A stretch of 64,000 nucleotides of DNA from positions 12,442-76,441 of the forward strand of contig SICP01000003.1 of assembly GCA_009691415.1 (NCBI GenBank), written 5' to 3'. A program made the translations under genes and the position numbers. Below, in pieces: positions 21,659 to 30,702 of the stretch (position 1 is the stretch's first letter; each line of letters starts with the position of its first letter). The DNA is from Candidatus Margulisiibacteriota bacterium. GTDB lineage: Bacteria; Margulisbacteria; Marinamargulisbacteria; SXXA01; SICP01. The notes below the pieces were generated by a model that did not search any database, was not told where the DNA came from, and saw only the letters and a list, made by a program, of their open reading frames with translations.

Positions 21659-22750
21659 ATGCTAAAAAAGTTGTGGATAAAAGGTTTCCGCAACTTTGAT
21701 GAAGTAAATCTGGATTTTTCATCGTCTTTAAAATGGTTTTTTTTTGGCGATAATAATCAGGGAAAGAGTAACCTTTTAGAGTCTATTTATTTTTTAACTA
21801 CCGGTAAATCACCACGTGAAGAGGTGTTAAAAAATTTAATAGGGTTTCATAAATCTGAGGCATTATTAGGTGCAGATTTTGAATCTGATTCTGGGCTTCA
21901 TCGTGTGTATCTTAAATTGAGTTCGGATGGTGTGCGTCAGTCGATGGTGAATAATGTTGTGGTTCGTTCTTTTACACAGTTATCTAAGTTGATTTGTGTG
22001 TCGTACGTGTCTGCCGATTTGATCCGTGTTTTTCAGGATTCTCCAGAGGGACGTCGTCATTTTTTGGATGGGTTTTGTGCGCTTTATTTTTCTGAGTATG
22101 GATCTCTTTTAAAAAAATATAAGCGTGTTATTTCTCAGAAGAACCGATTATTAAAAACATGTCCAGAATTAGAGTCTTTTTTGGTTTGGAATCGTCAACT
22201 TTGTTTATTATCTAAAACTGTATATGAATTTCGAATAGAGGCTTTAAATGTATTGTCTGATGTAGTTAATGGATTGGCTTTTAATTTTGTTTCTGGTAGC
22301 GTTTCTTTGAAATATGTCATAAGAGGGTATGATAATGAGTATATGTCTTCTGAGGGTTATTTTGATTGGCTATTAGAAAAGGTTAATGACTCATTTGTTA
22401 AAGAAAGAACATTGGGGTATAGCTTATATGGTGCGCATCGGGATGATTTTTATATAGAAATTGATGGGAAAAAATTAATGACATTTTTTTCTAGAGGGAT
22501 TAATAGAGTGATGTCTATTTTAATATACGTCTCTGAATTAATTATTCTTAATAAAAAAGGTTCTTTATTTCCTATTTTGCTTTTGGATGATGCGTTGGCT
22601 GAGTTGGATTTTAAAATAAAAGAGGGGTTATTAAAATTAATGGGGAACTATACGCAATTATTTTATGCGTCTGTTTTGGAAGAAGATAAAAATATTTTTG
22701 GTGAAGGATGTATCGTGAGGATTGATTCTGGCGAGATTCAATTTGCGTAA
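21659..22750 (+). CDS. recF: DNA replication and repair protein RecF
   Basis: 363 aa. Walker A GDNNQGKSNLLES and C-terminal LLLDDALAELD Walker B. In the canonical dnaA-dnaN-recF position. Confidence 0.9.
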   Translation: MLKKLWIKGFRNFDEVNLDFSSSLKWFFFGDNNQGKSNLLESIYFLTTGKSPREEVLKNLIGFHKSEALLGADFESDSGLHRVYLKLSSDGVRQSMVNNVVVRSFTQLSKLICVSYVSADLIRVFQDSPEGRRHFLDGFCALYFSEYGSLLKKYKRVISQKNRLLKTCPELESFLVWNRQLCLLSKTVYEFRIEALNVLSDVVNGLAFNFVSGSVSLKYVIRGYDNEYMSSEGYFDWLLEKVNDSFVKERTLGYSLYGAHRDDFYIEIDGKKLMTFFSRGINRVMSILIYVSELIILNKKGSLFPILLLDDALAELDFKIKEGLLKLMGNYTQLFYASVLEEDKNIFGEGCIVRIDSGEIQFA

Positions 22751-23201
22751 TTTATCGGATATTTTGGGGGACGAAAAAAAGTTTAGACCGTACCTAAATG
22801 AATATCGATATTCTAAAAAGCTCAGTTTAGAATGGCCATCTGTGATGGGGCCTTTATCGGCACAACTTCGTTTTTCTTATTTAAAAGATAGGGTGTTGAT
22901 GTTGGAAACAACTCAGGTAATGTGGGTGAATGAAATTGCATTTTATAAAGATCAGATTTTGGAAAAAGTGAATATATTTTTTTTAGGTAAGTATAAAGTG
23001 AAGCAGGTTAAAGTTCAGTTTTCGAAGAAAAAAGAAACGGTTTTAGAATCTAAAGCTGGATATATTGGGTTCTCTTTGGAAGAGAAAATTAAAGCTGAAG
23101 ATGAACGCAAGTTAGCGCTTGGTTATGTTTTGTGTAGGTATTGTCGCGATGTCTATACGGAAGATGGGGTGTGTGTATTTTGTCGATCAGCGGTCATTTA
23201 A
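22722..23201 (+). CDS. DUF721-like protein with C-terminal zinc ribbon
   Basis: 159 aa. Lies downstream of recF, as DUF721/YaaA-like genes often do. C-terminal CRYC...CVFC pattern. Confidence 0.55.
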   Translation: MILARFNLRNLSDILGDEKKFRPYLNEYRYSKKLSLEWPSVMGPLSAQLRFSYLKDRVLMLETTQVMWVNEIAFYKDQILEKVNIFFLGKYKVKQVKVQFSKKKETVLESKAGYIGFSLEEKIKAEDERKLALGYVLCRYCRDVYTEDGVCVFCRSAVI

Positions 23202-23801
23202 TATAAATCGTATAGGAATATCGACATTAAATTCGACAGGAGTGGAACCAAAAAGAGCGGGCTTAAATTTCCAATTTTTAACTGCTTTCTCGGCAGAATC
23301 ATCTAATACTGTAGAGCCGGAACTTTTTTTAAGTTTAATGCTGATCGCGTTGCCATTTTTGTCGACTAGAATAGATAGAAGTACAACTCCTTCTTGTCCT
23401 CTGCGTCTGGCAGAATCTGGATAGAGGGGGGCTGTATTTTTTATGTAACTGGGATTGGTTTCTGTAAAAGTTCCATCAGATGTGTGGTGGAGTGTGGTTT
23501 CTTTTTCGGTGCCAGTACTTGTTTCTTTATTAAGTATTTCAGTAGGGTTTATTTTTTTTTCTTGGGGTGTTGTTTTTGTCGAAATTATATGGGGATTTTT
23601 GATGGATTCGATAGGGATAGGTTCGTTTTTTTCTGGAAGAGTTGAGGGAGTTGCGTTGAATTCTAATGCGATATCAATACTGTTCTGACCGGTATCTATT
23701 CCAAATTGGGGTGGTTTTATGAAAAACAATCCAAAAAGGGTTATAACGATAATATGAAGAGCTATGGATAATGCAATACTGATGTAGTGATTATGCGTCA
23801 T
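23187..23801 (-). CDS. tonB: energy transducer TonB
   Basis: 204 aa. N-terminal TM helix, a Pro/Thr/Glu/Lys-rich spacer, and a C-terminal TonB domain (YPDSARRRGQEGVVLLSILVDKNGN...KFKPA). Confidence 0.8.
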   Translation of the reverse strand: MTHNHYISIALSIALHIIVITLFGLFFIKPPQFGIDTGQNSIDIALEFNATPSTLPEKNEPIPIESIKNPHIISTKTTPQEKKINPTEILNKETSTGTEKETTLHHTSDGTFTETNPSYIKNTAPLYPDSARRRGQEGVVLLSILVDKNGNAISIKLKKSSGSTVLDDSAEKAVKNWKFKPALFGSTPVEFNVDIPIRFILNDR

Positions 23802-23977
23802 TTATTTTTGGTTCGGATATTAACCTTGGTAATGCTAAACACGGGAGCTCCTTTTTGAATCTTTTGTCAGTTCTCAAAAGAGTATGATAATCATCGGTTA
23901 ATTGTACAGAGTGCTATTGTAAAACAACCTAAGAAGTTTTGGTTCGTGGAATACCATAACCGGGAAGGGTATCCGCT

Positions 23978-23993
23978 TGTTTCACGGGAAACA
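23978..23993. promoter_or_regulatory. parS-like site TGTTTCACGGGAAACA (15/16)
   Basis: One central mismatch (T to G) relative to the consensus. Intergenic, about 5 kb to the right of dnaA. Confidence 0.45.
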
Positions 23994-24115
23994 TTCAGTC
24001 TAAAAGCTGCCGATTTTCCTTATTAATGATCAAAGGTCAATCTTTCCTTTGAGTGTAGTTGGTGTTAGTATGGCCGTTCTTGTTTTTGGTTAAAATTATG
24101 AGTAGGAGGTGTTTT

Positions 24116-24202
24116 GTGGGTAGTTTGATTAAAAAGCGTCGAAAAAAAATGCGTAAGCATAAGTACAAAAAAAATGGTAAAAAAATGAAGGCTAGAAAAT
24201 AG
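24116..24202 (+). CDS. 28-codon lysine/arginine-rich micro-ORF, bS22 (AURKAIP1/COX24-like) candidate
   Basis: Not in the ORF track. GTG at 24116 is preceded by AGGAGG (24104-24109) with a 6-nt spacer. It encodes MGSLIKKRRKKMRKHKYKKNGKKMKARK, resembling the MGS.IKKRRK.M.K.KH.K start of bacterial bS22-like proteins as I recall them. Confidence 0.5.
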   Translation: MGSLIKKRRKKMRKHKYKKNGKKMKARK

Positions 24203-24205
24203 AGT

Positions 24206-25894
24206 TTAGTCGTTTGTGTTTTTAAAGTATTTTAAAATCCCTGCCAAGAGTGCTTTGGCGATTTGATCTTTAAAACTTTCATTTTGTATTAATTGAAATT
24301 CTTCAGGATAGGTAATATAGACCGGCTCTACCAGTGTGGCCGGCATGTTGGTGTGGTTTAACACAAAGAGCTTGCCGTGTTTGAGTCCGTTATCTCTTCG
24401 CTTGAGAGTTTTCACGAGTTCTTCGTGGAGTAGCTTTGCCAATTTCTTGTCTTTTGGCTTGTAGAAATAGGTTTCGGTGCCGTTTATTTTGTCGTTAAAA
24501 AACGAGTTCATGTGCACACTTACAAAGATATCACTTTTGCTTTTGTTGGCGATTTCTGGCCTGCTTACTAATAAAACGGTTTGGTCAGAATCTCGTGTTA
24601 GGATGATTTTGGCGCCTTCTTCTTCTAGTGCCGTTTTGAGTTTTTGAATGACATCTAGGGTGAGAAATTTTTCATAGGTTTTGTTAATGCCTAGTGCGCC
24701 TGGGTCTTGGCCGCCGTGCCCTGCGTCGAGGGTGATGAGTTTTCCCTTTAAATGTTTGATGCGTTTAATGGGCTCGATGAGGGACCCTTTTTCTGGAAAC
24801 GATATACTCAGTGTGTTGTCGACGAGAGACTCTGTTATGACGACATTGCTTTTGTAGAGGTCGATGACTATGCGACTTTTTGCAGGAGATTTTGTGAATT
24901 GCGAGGTACGGATTTTTTGATAGACTTTGTTTTCTGATTGGACAACAAGGGGGAGCTTGGAAACGGTGTCTGGAATATCTATGATAATTCTGGGCGGGTT
25001 TTTAAATTTTGATAAGGTGTATGTAAAAGATTTCGCGGCGCTAATGCTTATTTCTTGAGTGCCGTTTTTGTGGGTTTCTGTGATGGCCTGGAGTTCATTC
25101 CCGGTTGTTTTTTCAAATTCGTTTATAAGCGAGATACAGTTCATTCTGGGATCCCATTTGATACCTAGGTGTAGGGAGCTTGCTGTTGAGAGAAGCGGGA
25201 AATAATCATGGTTGTTTTTCTTGATGCGTTCGGAGGTTGTAGGGGTGACGCCGAGGTCTTTGAATACTTCGGTTAGATCTACGAAGAGTACGGTTTTGTT
25301 GTAGAAGAAACGGGTGCTGATGTCGTAAATATTATCGCCTATTGCAATGGAGAGTTCGCTTTTTTCTTTGATGAAGGGGAGGAGTGATTTTTCTGATGCA
25401 TTCTCTAGGGAGGCGGAGCCTTCTTTTTTTGTTTGCAGGAGCATTATTTGGTAGAGATTATTTTTTTTTTGTAGTGCATATCCGGTGAGTTCGCAAAAAG
25501 ATTCTAGTGGGAGGTAGAGACGTGTTTCATATAAAACAGGGGCGGCTGTCAGTTTTTGATGGGATTGGTCTATTTTTATGTCTTTGAGATAGGGTGAAAA
25601 TGTGACGGATTTATGGGATTTATTGGAGGTGAGTTTATAAAGATTTTCTTTTTTCTGGTAGGTTAGCGTTGCGTCAAAGGCGTCGAGAAAGTCTTGAATC
25701 GGAAAGAAGAGAATGCCGTTGATTTCTGCTAGTGGTGTATCGGTTTGGATAAGCTTGTGATTGACCTTGACTGCGGCTTCGGGAAGCGGGTGAATTTTTG
25801 CGAATGCGTGGATATGTGCGTGACATAAAAAGAGGAGTGCGATGGCGAGGGTGAGGCTATTTTTATACATGGTATTTAGTTTAGCAGATATCAA
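24206..25894 (-). CDS. N-acetylmuramoyl-L-alanine amidase (AmiC-like) with N-terminal stalk-like and AMIN-like domains
   Basis: 562 aa. Signal peptide, then an AMIN-like segment (RIIIDIPD..RIVIDL) and a C-terminal Amidase_3 domain (LDAGHGGQDPGA, VSVHMNS, ATLVEPVYITY). Overlaps the upstream gene by 4 nt. Confidence 0.85.
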   Translation of the reverse strand: MISAKLNTMYKNSLTLAIALLFLCHAHIHAFAKIHPLPEAAVKVNHKLIQTDTPLAEINGILFFPIQDFLDAFDATLTYQKKENLYKLTSNKSHKSVTFSPYLKDIKIDQSHQKLTAAPVLYETRLYLPLESFCELTGYALQKKNNLYQIMLLQTKKEGSASLENASEKSLLPFIKEKSELSIAIGDNIYDISTRFFYNKTVLFVDLTEVFKDLGVTPTTSERIKKNNHDYFPLLSTASSLHLGIKWDPRMNCISLINEFEKTTGNELQAITETHKNGTQEISISAAKSFTYTLSKFKNPPRIIIDIPDTVSKLPLVVQSENKVYQKIRTSQFTKSPAKSRIVIDLYKSNVVITESLVDNTLSISFPEKGSLIEPIKRIKHLKGKLITLDAGHGGQDPGALGINKTYEKFLTLDVIQKLKTALEEEGAKIILTRDSDQTVLLVSRPEIANKSKSDIFVSVHMNSFFNDKINGTETYFYKPKDKKLAKLLHEELVKTLKRRDNGLKHGKLFVLNHTNMPATLVEPVYITYPEEFQLIQNESFKDQIAKALLAGILKYFKNTND

Positions 25895-28800
25895 AAATTG
25901 AGGGTGCCTTTTACAAGGACTCCTGTGATGTCGTATGTGTTTGTTTTTATTTTTTTGTCTTCGATTTTTTTGATGTAGCCTTCGCCTGTGATCACTATGT
26001 TTTGTATGTAGGCGGTGTTTGTAATCGGGAAGATAATATTAATGCTTAGAGATCCATTGTGTACGGCGTTATCTTGTTCATTTACTTGTGTTTGTGAGGC
26101 GGCTCCTGATCCTCGAAGTATTGTTTCTTTGCTGAGAGAGTTTAAGTCGACACCTTTTGTTAATTTGACATCGTATGTTATTTTGACGTTGAAATTTTTG
26201 GTTTGGACGGGTAAATAAGTGCTGCCCGTAGTGAGGGTTTGCCCGTTGCCTTGTTTTTTTTTGTTCACGCTGGTTTCTTTTAATTCGGCTTCGGCAAATA
26301 GGCTGAGCCCGGGGAGGGGTCGGTAGGTTGTGCCAATCAGGAGGCTTGCTTGGGAGATGTCGGATGTTTTGGTGTTGCGGGTTGTGATCTGCTCTGAAAT
26401 GAGCTGATATTTTCCCCCGAGTTTCAGATCCCATTGGCCGAAAGGTGTAAAGGTAAGTCCGCTTTGTATGAGGTGATCCTTGGTATATATGCGCTGATTG
26501 TATGTGGGTGTTGTGGGGCTTCCTAGTGTTTGATCAATGCTTTTTTGTGTTGAATTAATGCTGGGGGATGTGTATTGGAGGAGTCGATTTCTATTGTAGC
26601 TTAAAGATAGAGGCAGGTTTCCGAGAAGGCTGAAAGAGGTTTCTGTTTTTCCGTTTAAAATAGATTTATGGATGGTGCCCTTTTGAGAAGTATTTTGATT
26701 CCGGTTGTATGTTTCATCTTGTAGCAAGATACTATTTGTTGTGTTGAATAGATTGAGAGGGGCATAGGTTGTGTCTAATTGGTAAAGACGTGTGGCGCTG
26801 GAGTCACTTAAGTACTCTATGATTTTATCTGTTTTTGGATTGAGACTTGTTTTTAAATTGTTTCTTTCGGTGATGGTTTCTCCTAGGGAGGCACTGGCTT
26901 TGCCGATATCGAAGTGCAGGATGGCATTGATGGGGTTGAGGATAAGGGGCATTTTGAGGTTTAGGCGTTGTGATCTGGTGAATTCGGGCAGTTCTTCGGA
27001 AATGACGTTGCTTGTAATGGTCGTTTTGTTTGCAAGTTGTTTGGTGAGACGCGATTCTTCTTTTTTATCTAGGGTAAGTTGGTAGTCGAAGAGATTAAAC
27101 AAGAGCCACTCTAGGCCAATACCTAGGTCTCCAGAGGTATGTGCGTAGTTTCTCGAATAGATGTTTTCGGAAGTTGTGCTGGAGTTGATCGTATTTTTCG
27201 AGAATGTTTTTTGTATTTCGTAGAGGGCGCGTCTCATTTTTATGCCAGGGTAGGGTTCAAAGTTGTTGAAGGAATAGTTGTCGTTGTTGTCGGTTCTGTT
27301 CTGGAGATTATTATTTTGTTGGGCACTACCTAGTGTGGTGGCGTAGGTGAAGAAAGATCCTTTTAGGGGGTCAGTTAAAAGGATATTGGAACCGATGCTG
27401 GAATAGAGTAGTCCGTAGAGAGAGAAGTTTTTGATTTTGAAGCTGGCACTTTCACTGAGTTCTCCTTTTTGGCCTACTAAGGGGCTTTGGGATTCTCTTT
27501 TTTGGAAAGAATAACCAGTGTCGATCCATGAAAAAGGGGTGTAGTCTACATTGATGGTTTGATTTGCTACTTCTGTTTCGGCGAGATTTTGGGATAGGAC
27601 GGCATTGGCAGAGGTGATGGCTTTTTTGGAGGCTAATGTGTCAAATTGATAGCTAAAGGATCCTCTTAATATGTCGAGTGGTTTGATTTCTATTGTACCT
27701 GCGTAGGTGTTTCTAAGGGTTGTTTCAAGGCTAGTTTTGGTTTTAATTTCAGTGTTGGCTAGGGCATATTCGGGGCCGATGGCAATGTCTCCGAGGATGG
27801 GAACTTTTGATAGTCTGAGCATAGATTTATAGGTGAAGGCATTGGAGTTGGATTGCGCGAAATTGATTTTGTCGATGTAGTCGTTGTCTTGTTTGGATAG
27901 GCCGTAAATAACTGTATTTCGGAGATAGTCTGGGCCGAAGTCTGTCGTGAGGTTGATGCCGATCGTGCGGCGGTCTGTGTCGTGAAGGGAGGTGTCTATT
28001 TTTTGATCTTCTACTTCGGTAAAATAGCGCGTTGTTAATTTGTTATCAAAGATGTCTAGGACTCTAAATTCTGCGTTGGCTTTGGTTTCATCCTCATGAA
28101 AATAAATATCTTTGGGGCTTGTTTTTCCGGAGGTGTGTGTTTTTTTACTGATATAGCCTAGGTTAAATAATGTGGTTTCGTTGGCTTGCCAATTGGCAAG
28201 TCCGCTGTAGGATTGGCTACCTTTTTTGTCGTTGATGGGGCTAATGGGAAAGAAATCTTTGTCGATGTTTTTGTAGTCGGCTTTTAGAGTAAGGCCTTGA
28301 TCTTGGTAGGTGGTGGCGATACGTGTGGCTAGTTTAAACGGTTGTTGCTTGCCAGCTGAAGTGGTGCGGGCGCTGTCGAAATATTGATAGCTGATGCGTA
28401 TCGTATCTTGTGTACTGGGGTTTAAATTCTTAAATCGAATGGTGCCGCTACTGTAGTTAATAAAGTAATCTACGTCTCGTGTAAGAAGGGTGTTTCCGTT
28501 AGTATTTTCAACTGTTACCGAATCAGAATCTTGTGCGATATCGGTTCTGCCAATGGTGTAGGTAAAATTAACGGAGCCATTTCCTACGATGGTTTTGGTT
28601 TCTTCTGTTTTTGGTTTTGAGAAATTGTGGTGTGTGCCGGCAAGTTCTATTTCTCCGGACCACTGATCGGTTATTTTTGCCTTGAGGGTTGTGCCGATCA
28701 TGGTCTGGCTGAGTTTTCCTTCATCAGGAGAGCTTTTTGGGGTGAAGCTGTAGAAAAGGGTGACTTGGTTTTTGTCGTTGGGATAATCGGGGAGTGTAGA

Positions 28801-30702
28801 GGCAGAATTGTCTAGGTGCCTGATAAATCTGATTTCGACGTTTACGCCTGGTCCAGAAGAATTGGTTTCGTCGTAGTTGATGGTGTATTCGATGTCTTGT
28901 CGTAATCGAATAAATTCTGATGAGGAGTTTTCAAGACTGCCCACTTTTCCAAAGACGCGTATTTCGTTAACGCCTAAATATTTTATGGGGGTTTCACGCA
29001 GAGAAATGTCGGTAGCTAGATAGGGTTGATTCCCTCTATTATCTGCTGAAAATTGAAAGGTGGTTGCAAAGTTTTTTTTGTATGAGTAAGTGACTTGTGC
29101 GCTTGGAGATACAGGCAGCGTGCCTACGAGTTGGATGATGCCTGTATAGGCATTGAGAATGTTGGCGCTTACGGGTACCCCTGCGACTAAAACGGAAAAG
29201 GGCTGGTCTGTTAAAATCGGGGTTTTGTTTGTGCGGATTTGTTGGTTGCCTGTGATTGTTGCTGTTTCGACTTGGTTAATAATTAGGGTGTCTGCTTGTC
29301 CTTGAGTGGATTCGTTCATGAATACCATGCTTGCGCTTAGGGGGGAATCTTGGATATTGCCAGATGCAGGGTGTGTTTTAATGGCTGTATAGTCGATGGA
29401 TATTATTTTGGGGTATTGAATTTTATAGTTAAATAAAATGCGACCTAATTCATAGTCTATGGAGTAGTCTAACCCCTCTGTTAAAGGGGATTCATCGATG
29501 GCCACTTTAACGCTATTTTGAAGAAGTGTGTCATGGTTTAGTGCGTAGGGTCCTGGGGTATTGTTACCGATAATGTCTTCTGAAAAGGGTGCGCTGATGT
29601 AGCTAGAATAGATTATTTTTAGAGTATCTAGTGCCGTTAGAGTGATGTTTTGGAGCACCAATTTTCCACGTAGATTTCGGACAAAGTAGTCTTTGTTTCG
29701 AATGAGTTTTCGTAGGTTGAGATAAACGGTGTCAGAACCTAATAAGATGGATTTGTTTTGGAGTTGAAATTCTAGATACTGGGGGTTGTCTGTTGTATTG
29801 GCAGTGGTTTTATTGGGCCATAGGGTTTCTGTTGTTTGGGTTTGTTCTTTGAGGAGCTGAGGTTTGGTTTCTTCATGCCAGGCGAATTGGGCTCCGGCAA
29901 AGTTTTTTCGGGATAGGGCGGGGATAAAGTCTTCAATGGGGTTGGTAAATTCATAGAGGACTTTAATCAAATCGTTTTGTTGAGGGGCGGCTGTGAAGCT
30001 GATTTCACCATCAAAATAGTTTGCGGTGTAGTCGCGTCCGGCATGGAGTCGGCTGTTATTTATATAAACGACAATAGAGCCCTCTAAAATAGATCTGCTT
30101 TGCAGTTTTAATTTCTTTTGACCATTGCCTTGGGTTTCTAGGACTTGTGGATCGGATCGCTGGCGGCCGGTTACAAATTGCGCGCTCCAGGTGTCTGTTT
30201 CGGTTTTTGTTTTGACCCCATCTAGTGCTTTTTTAATATTAATAAATTCGCCATTTTTAAACTCTGTATCAAAATGAAAAAACGTTAGTGCGGATCGGTC
30301 ATAATTAATTTGGATGTCATATTTTCCAGGAAAATCAGGTTCTTGTTCGATGTCGTAATGTACAGATAATTTGTCATCAACTTGGCCATTAATATTGAAT
30401 TTATATCGGAGGTCAAACTTAGGGCTTCCCACCAATACGTCACGAGGAAGCTTGTTGAAAACGGGGTCTTGCCGAATCGTTTCCCATCTCGGATCAGTGA
30501 CGTTTTTTGGGTTGTAGTCGCGCATGCTTACTTTGCCTTCATAGAATCCATTAATATCTAAATTGAAATTATTGGGAAGTTTGGGGTAGCGGTAGTCGCT
30601 GAGATTAAAATATTTTTTATGAATGTTGCTGGTTGGCGATTCTGCCATCAGTATCTGAGTAAAAATAAGTCCGATAATGAGCAGGGCGTAGTATTTTTTC
30701 AT
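25891..30702 (-). CDS. very large (1603 aa) secreted beta-rich protein, probable outer-membrane protein of unknown family
   Basis: N-terminal signal peptide MKKYYALLIIGLIFTQILMAES. Composition is Thr/Asn/Ser/Tyr/Gln-rich throughout with alternating patterns. The C-terminus ..GVLVKGTLNF ends in Phe, like an OMP beta-signal. Translationally coupled to queA upstream and the amidase downstream. Confidence 0.6.
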   Translation of the reverse strand: MKKYYALLIIGLIFTQILMAESPTSNIHKKYFNLSDYRYPKLPNNFNLDINGFYEGKVSMRDYNPKNVTDPRWETIRQDPVFNKLPRDVLVGSPKFDLRYKFNINGQVDDKLSVHYDIEQEPDFPGKYDIQINYDRSALTFFHFDTEFKNGEFINIKKALDGVKTKTETDTWSAQFVTGRQRSDPQVLETQGNGQKKLKLQSRSILEGSIVVYINNSRLHAGRDYTANYFDGEISFTAAPQQNDLIKVLYEFTNPIEDFIPALSRKNFAGAQFAWHEETKPQLLKEQTQTTETLWPNKTTANTTDNPQYLEFQLQNKSILLGSDTVYLNLRKLIRNKDYFVRNLRGKLVLQNITLTALDTLKIIYSSYISAPFSEDIIGNNTPGPYALNHDTLLQNSVKVAIDESPLTEGLDYSIDYELGRILFNYKIQYPKIISIDYTAIKTHPASGNIQDSPLSASMVFMNESTQGQADTLIINQVETATITGNQQIRTNKTPILTDQPFSVLVAGVPVSANILNAYTGIIQLVGTLPVSPSAQVTYSYKKNFATTFQFSADNRGNQPYLATDISLRETPIKYLGVNEIRVFGKVGSLENSSSEFIRLRQDIEYTINYDETNSSGPGVNVEIRFIRHLDNSASTLPDYPNDKNQVTLFYSFTPKSSPDEGKLSQTMIGTTLKAKITDQWSGEIELAGTHHNFSKPKTEETKTIVGNGSVNFTYTIGRTDIAQDSDSVTVENTNGNTLLTRDVDYFINYSSGTIRFKNLNPSTQDTIRISYQYFDSARTTSAGKQQPFKLATRIATTYQDQGLTLKADYKNIDKDFFPISPINDKKGSQSYSGLANWQANETTLFNLGYISKKTHTSGKTSPKDIYFHEDETKANAEFRVLDIFDNKLTTRYFTEVEDQKIDTSLHDTDRRTIGINLTTDFGPDYLRNTVIYGLSKQDNDYIDKINFAQSNSNAFTYKSMLRLSKVPILGDIAIGPEYALANTEIKTKTSLETTLRNTYAGTIEIKPLDILRGSFSYQFDTLASKKAITSANAVLSQNLAETEVANQTINVDYTPFSWIDTGYSFQKRESQSPLVGQKGELSESASFKIKNFSLYGLLYSSIGSNILLTDPLKGSFFTYATTLGSAQQNNNLQNRTDNNDNYSFNNFEPYPGIKMRRALYEIQKTFSKNTINSSTTSENIYSRNYAHTSGDLGIGLEWLLFNLFDYQLTLDKKEESRLTKQLANKTTITSNVISEELPEFTRSQRLNLKMPLILNPINAILHFDIGKASASLGETITERNNLKTSLNPKTDKIIEYLSDSSATRLYQLDTTYAPLNLFNTTNSILLQDETYNRNQNTSQKGTIHKSILNGKTETSFSLLGNLPLSLSYNRNRLLQYTSPSINSTQKSIDQTLGSPTTPTYNQRIYTKDHLIQSGLTFTPFGQWDLKLGGKYQLISEQITTRNTKTSDISQASLLIGTTYRPLPGLSLFAEAELKETSVNKKKQGNGQTLTTGSTYLPVQTKNFNVKITYDVKLTKGVDLNSLSKETILRGSGAASQTQVNEQDNAVHNGSLSINIIFPITNTAYIQNIVITGEGYIKKIEDKKIKTNTYDITGVLVKGTLNF

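Noticed and set aside
21808-21823. CACGTG-centred sequence in recF as a possible fifth parS
   Set aside because: Only the central hexamer matches. The flanks (ATCAC / AAGAG) do not match TGTTT / AAACA.
26078-26434. 118-codon alternative-frame ORF inside the 1603-aa protein gene
   Set aside because: Same explanation: the strongly biased strand composition suppresses stop codons in a second frame. The product is low-complexity (R/Q/N/P/K) with no motif.
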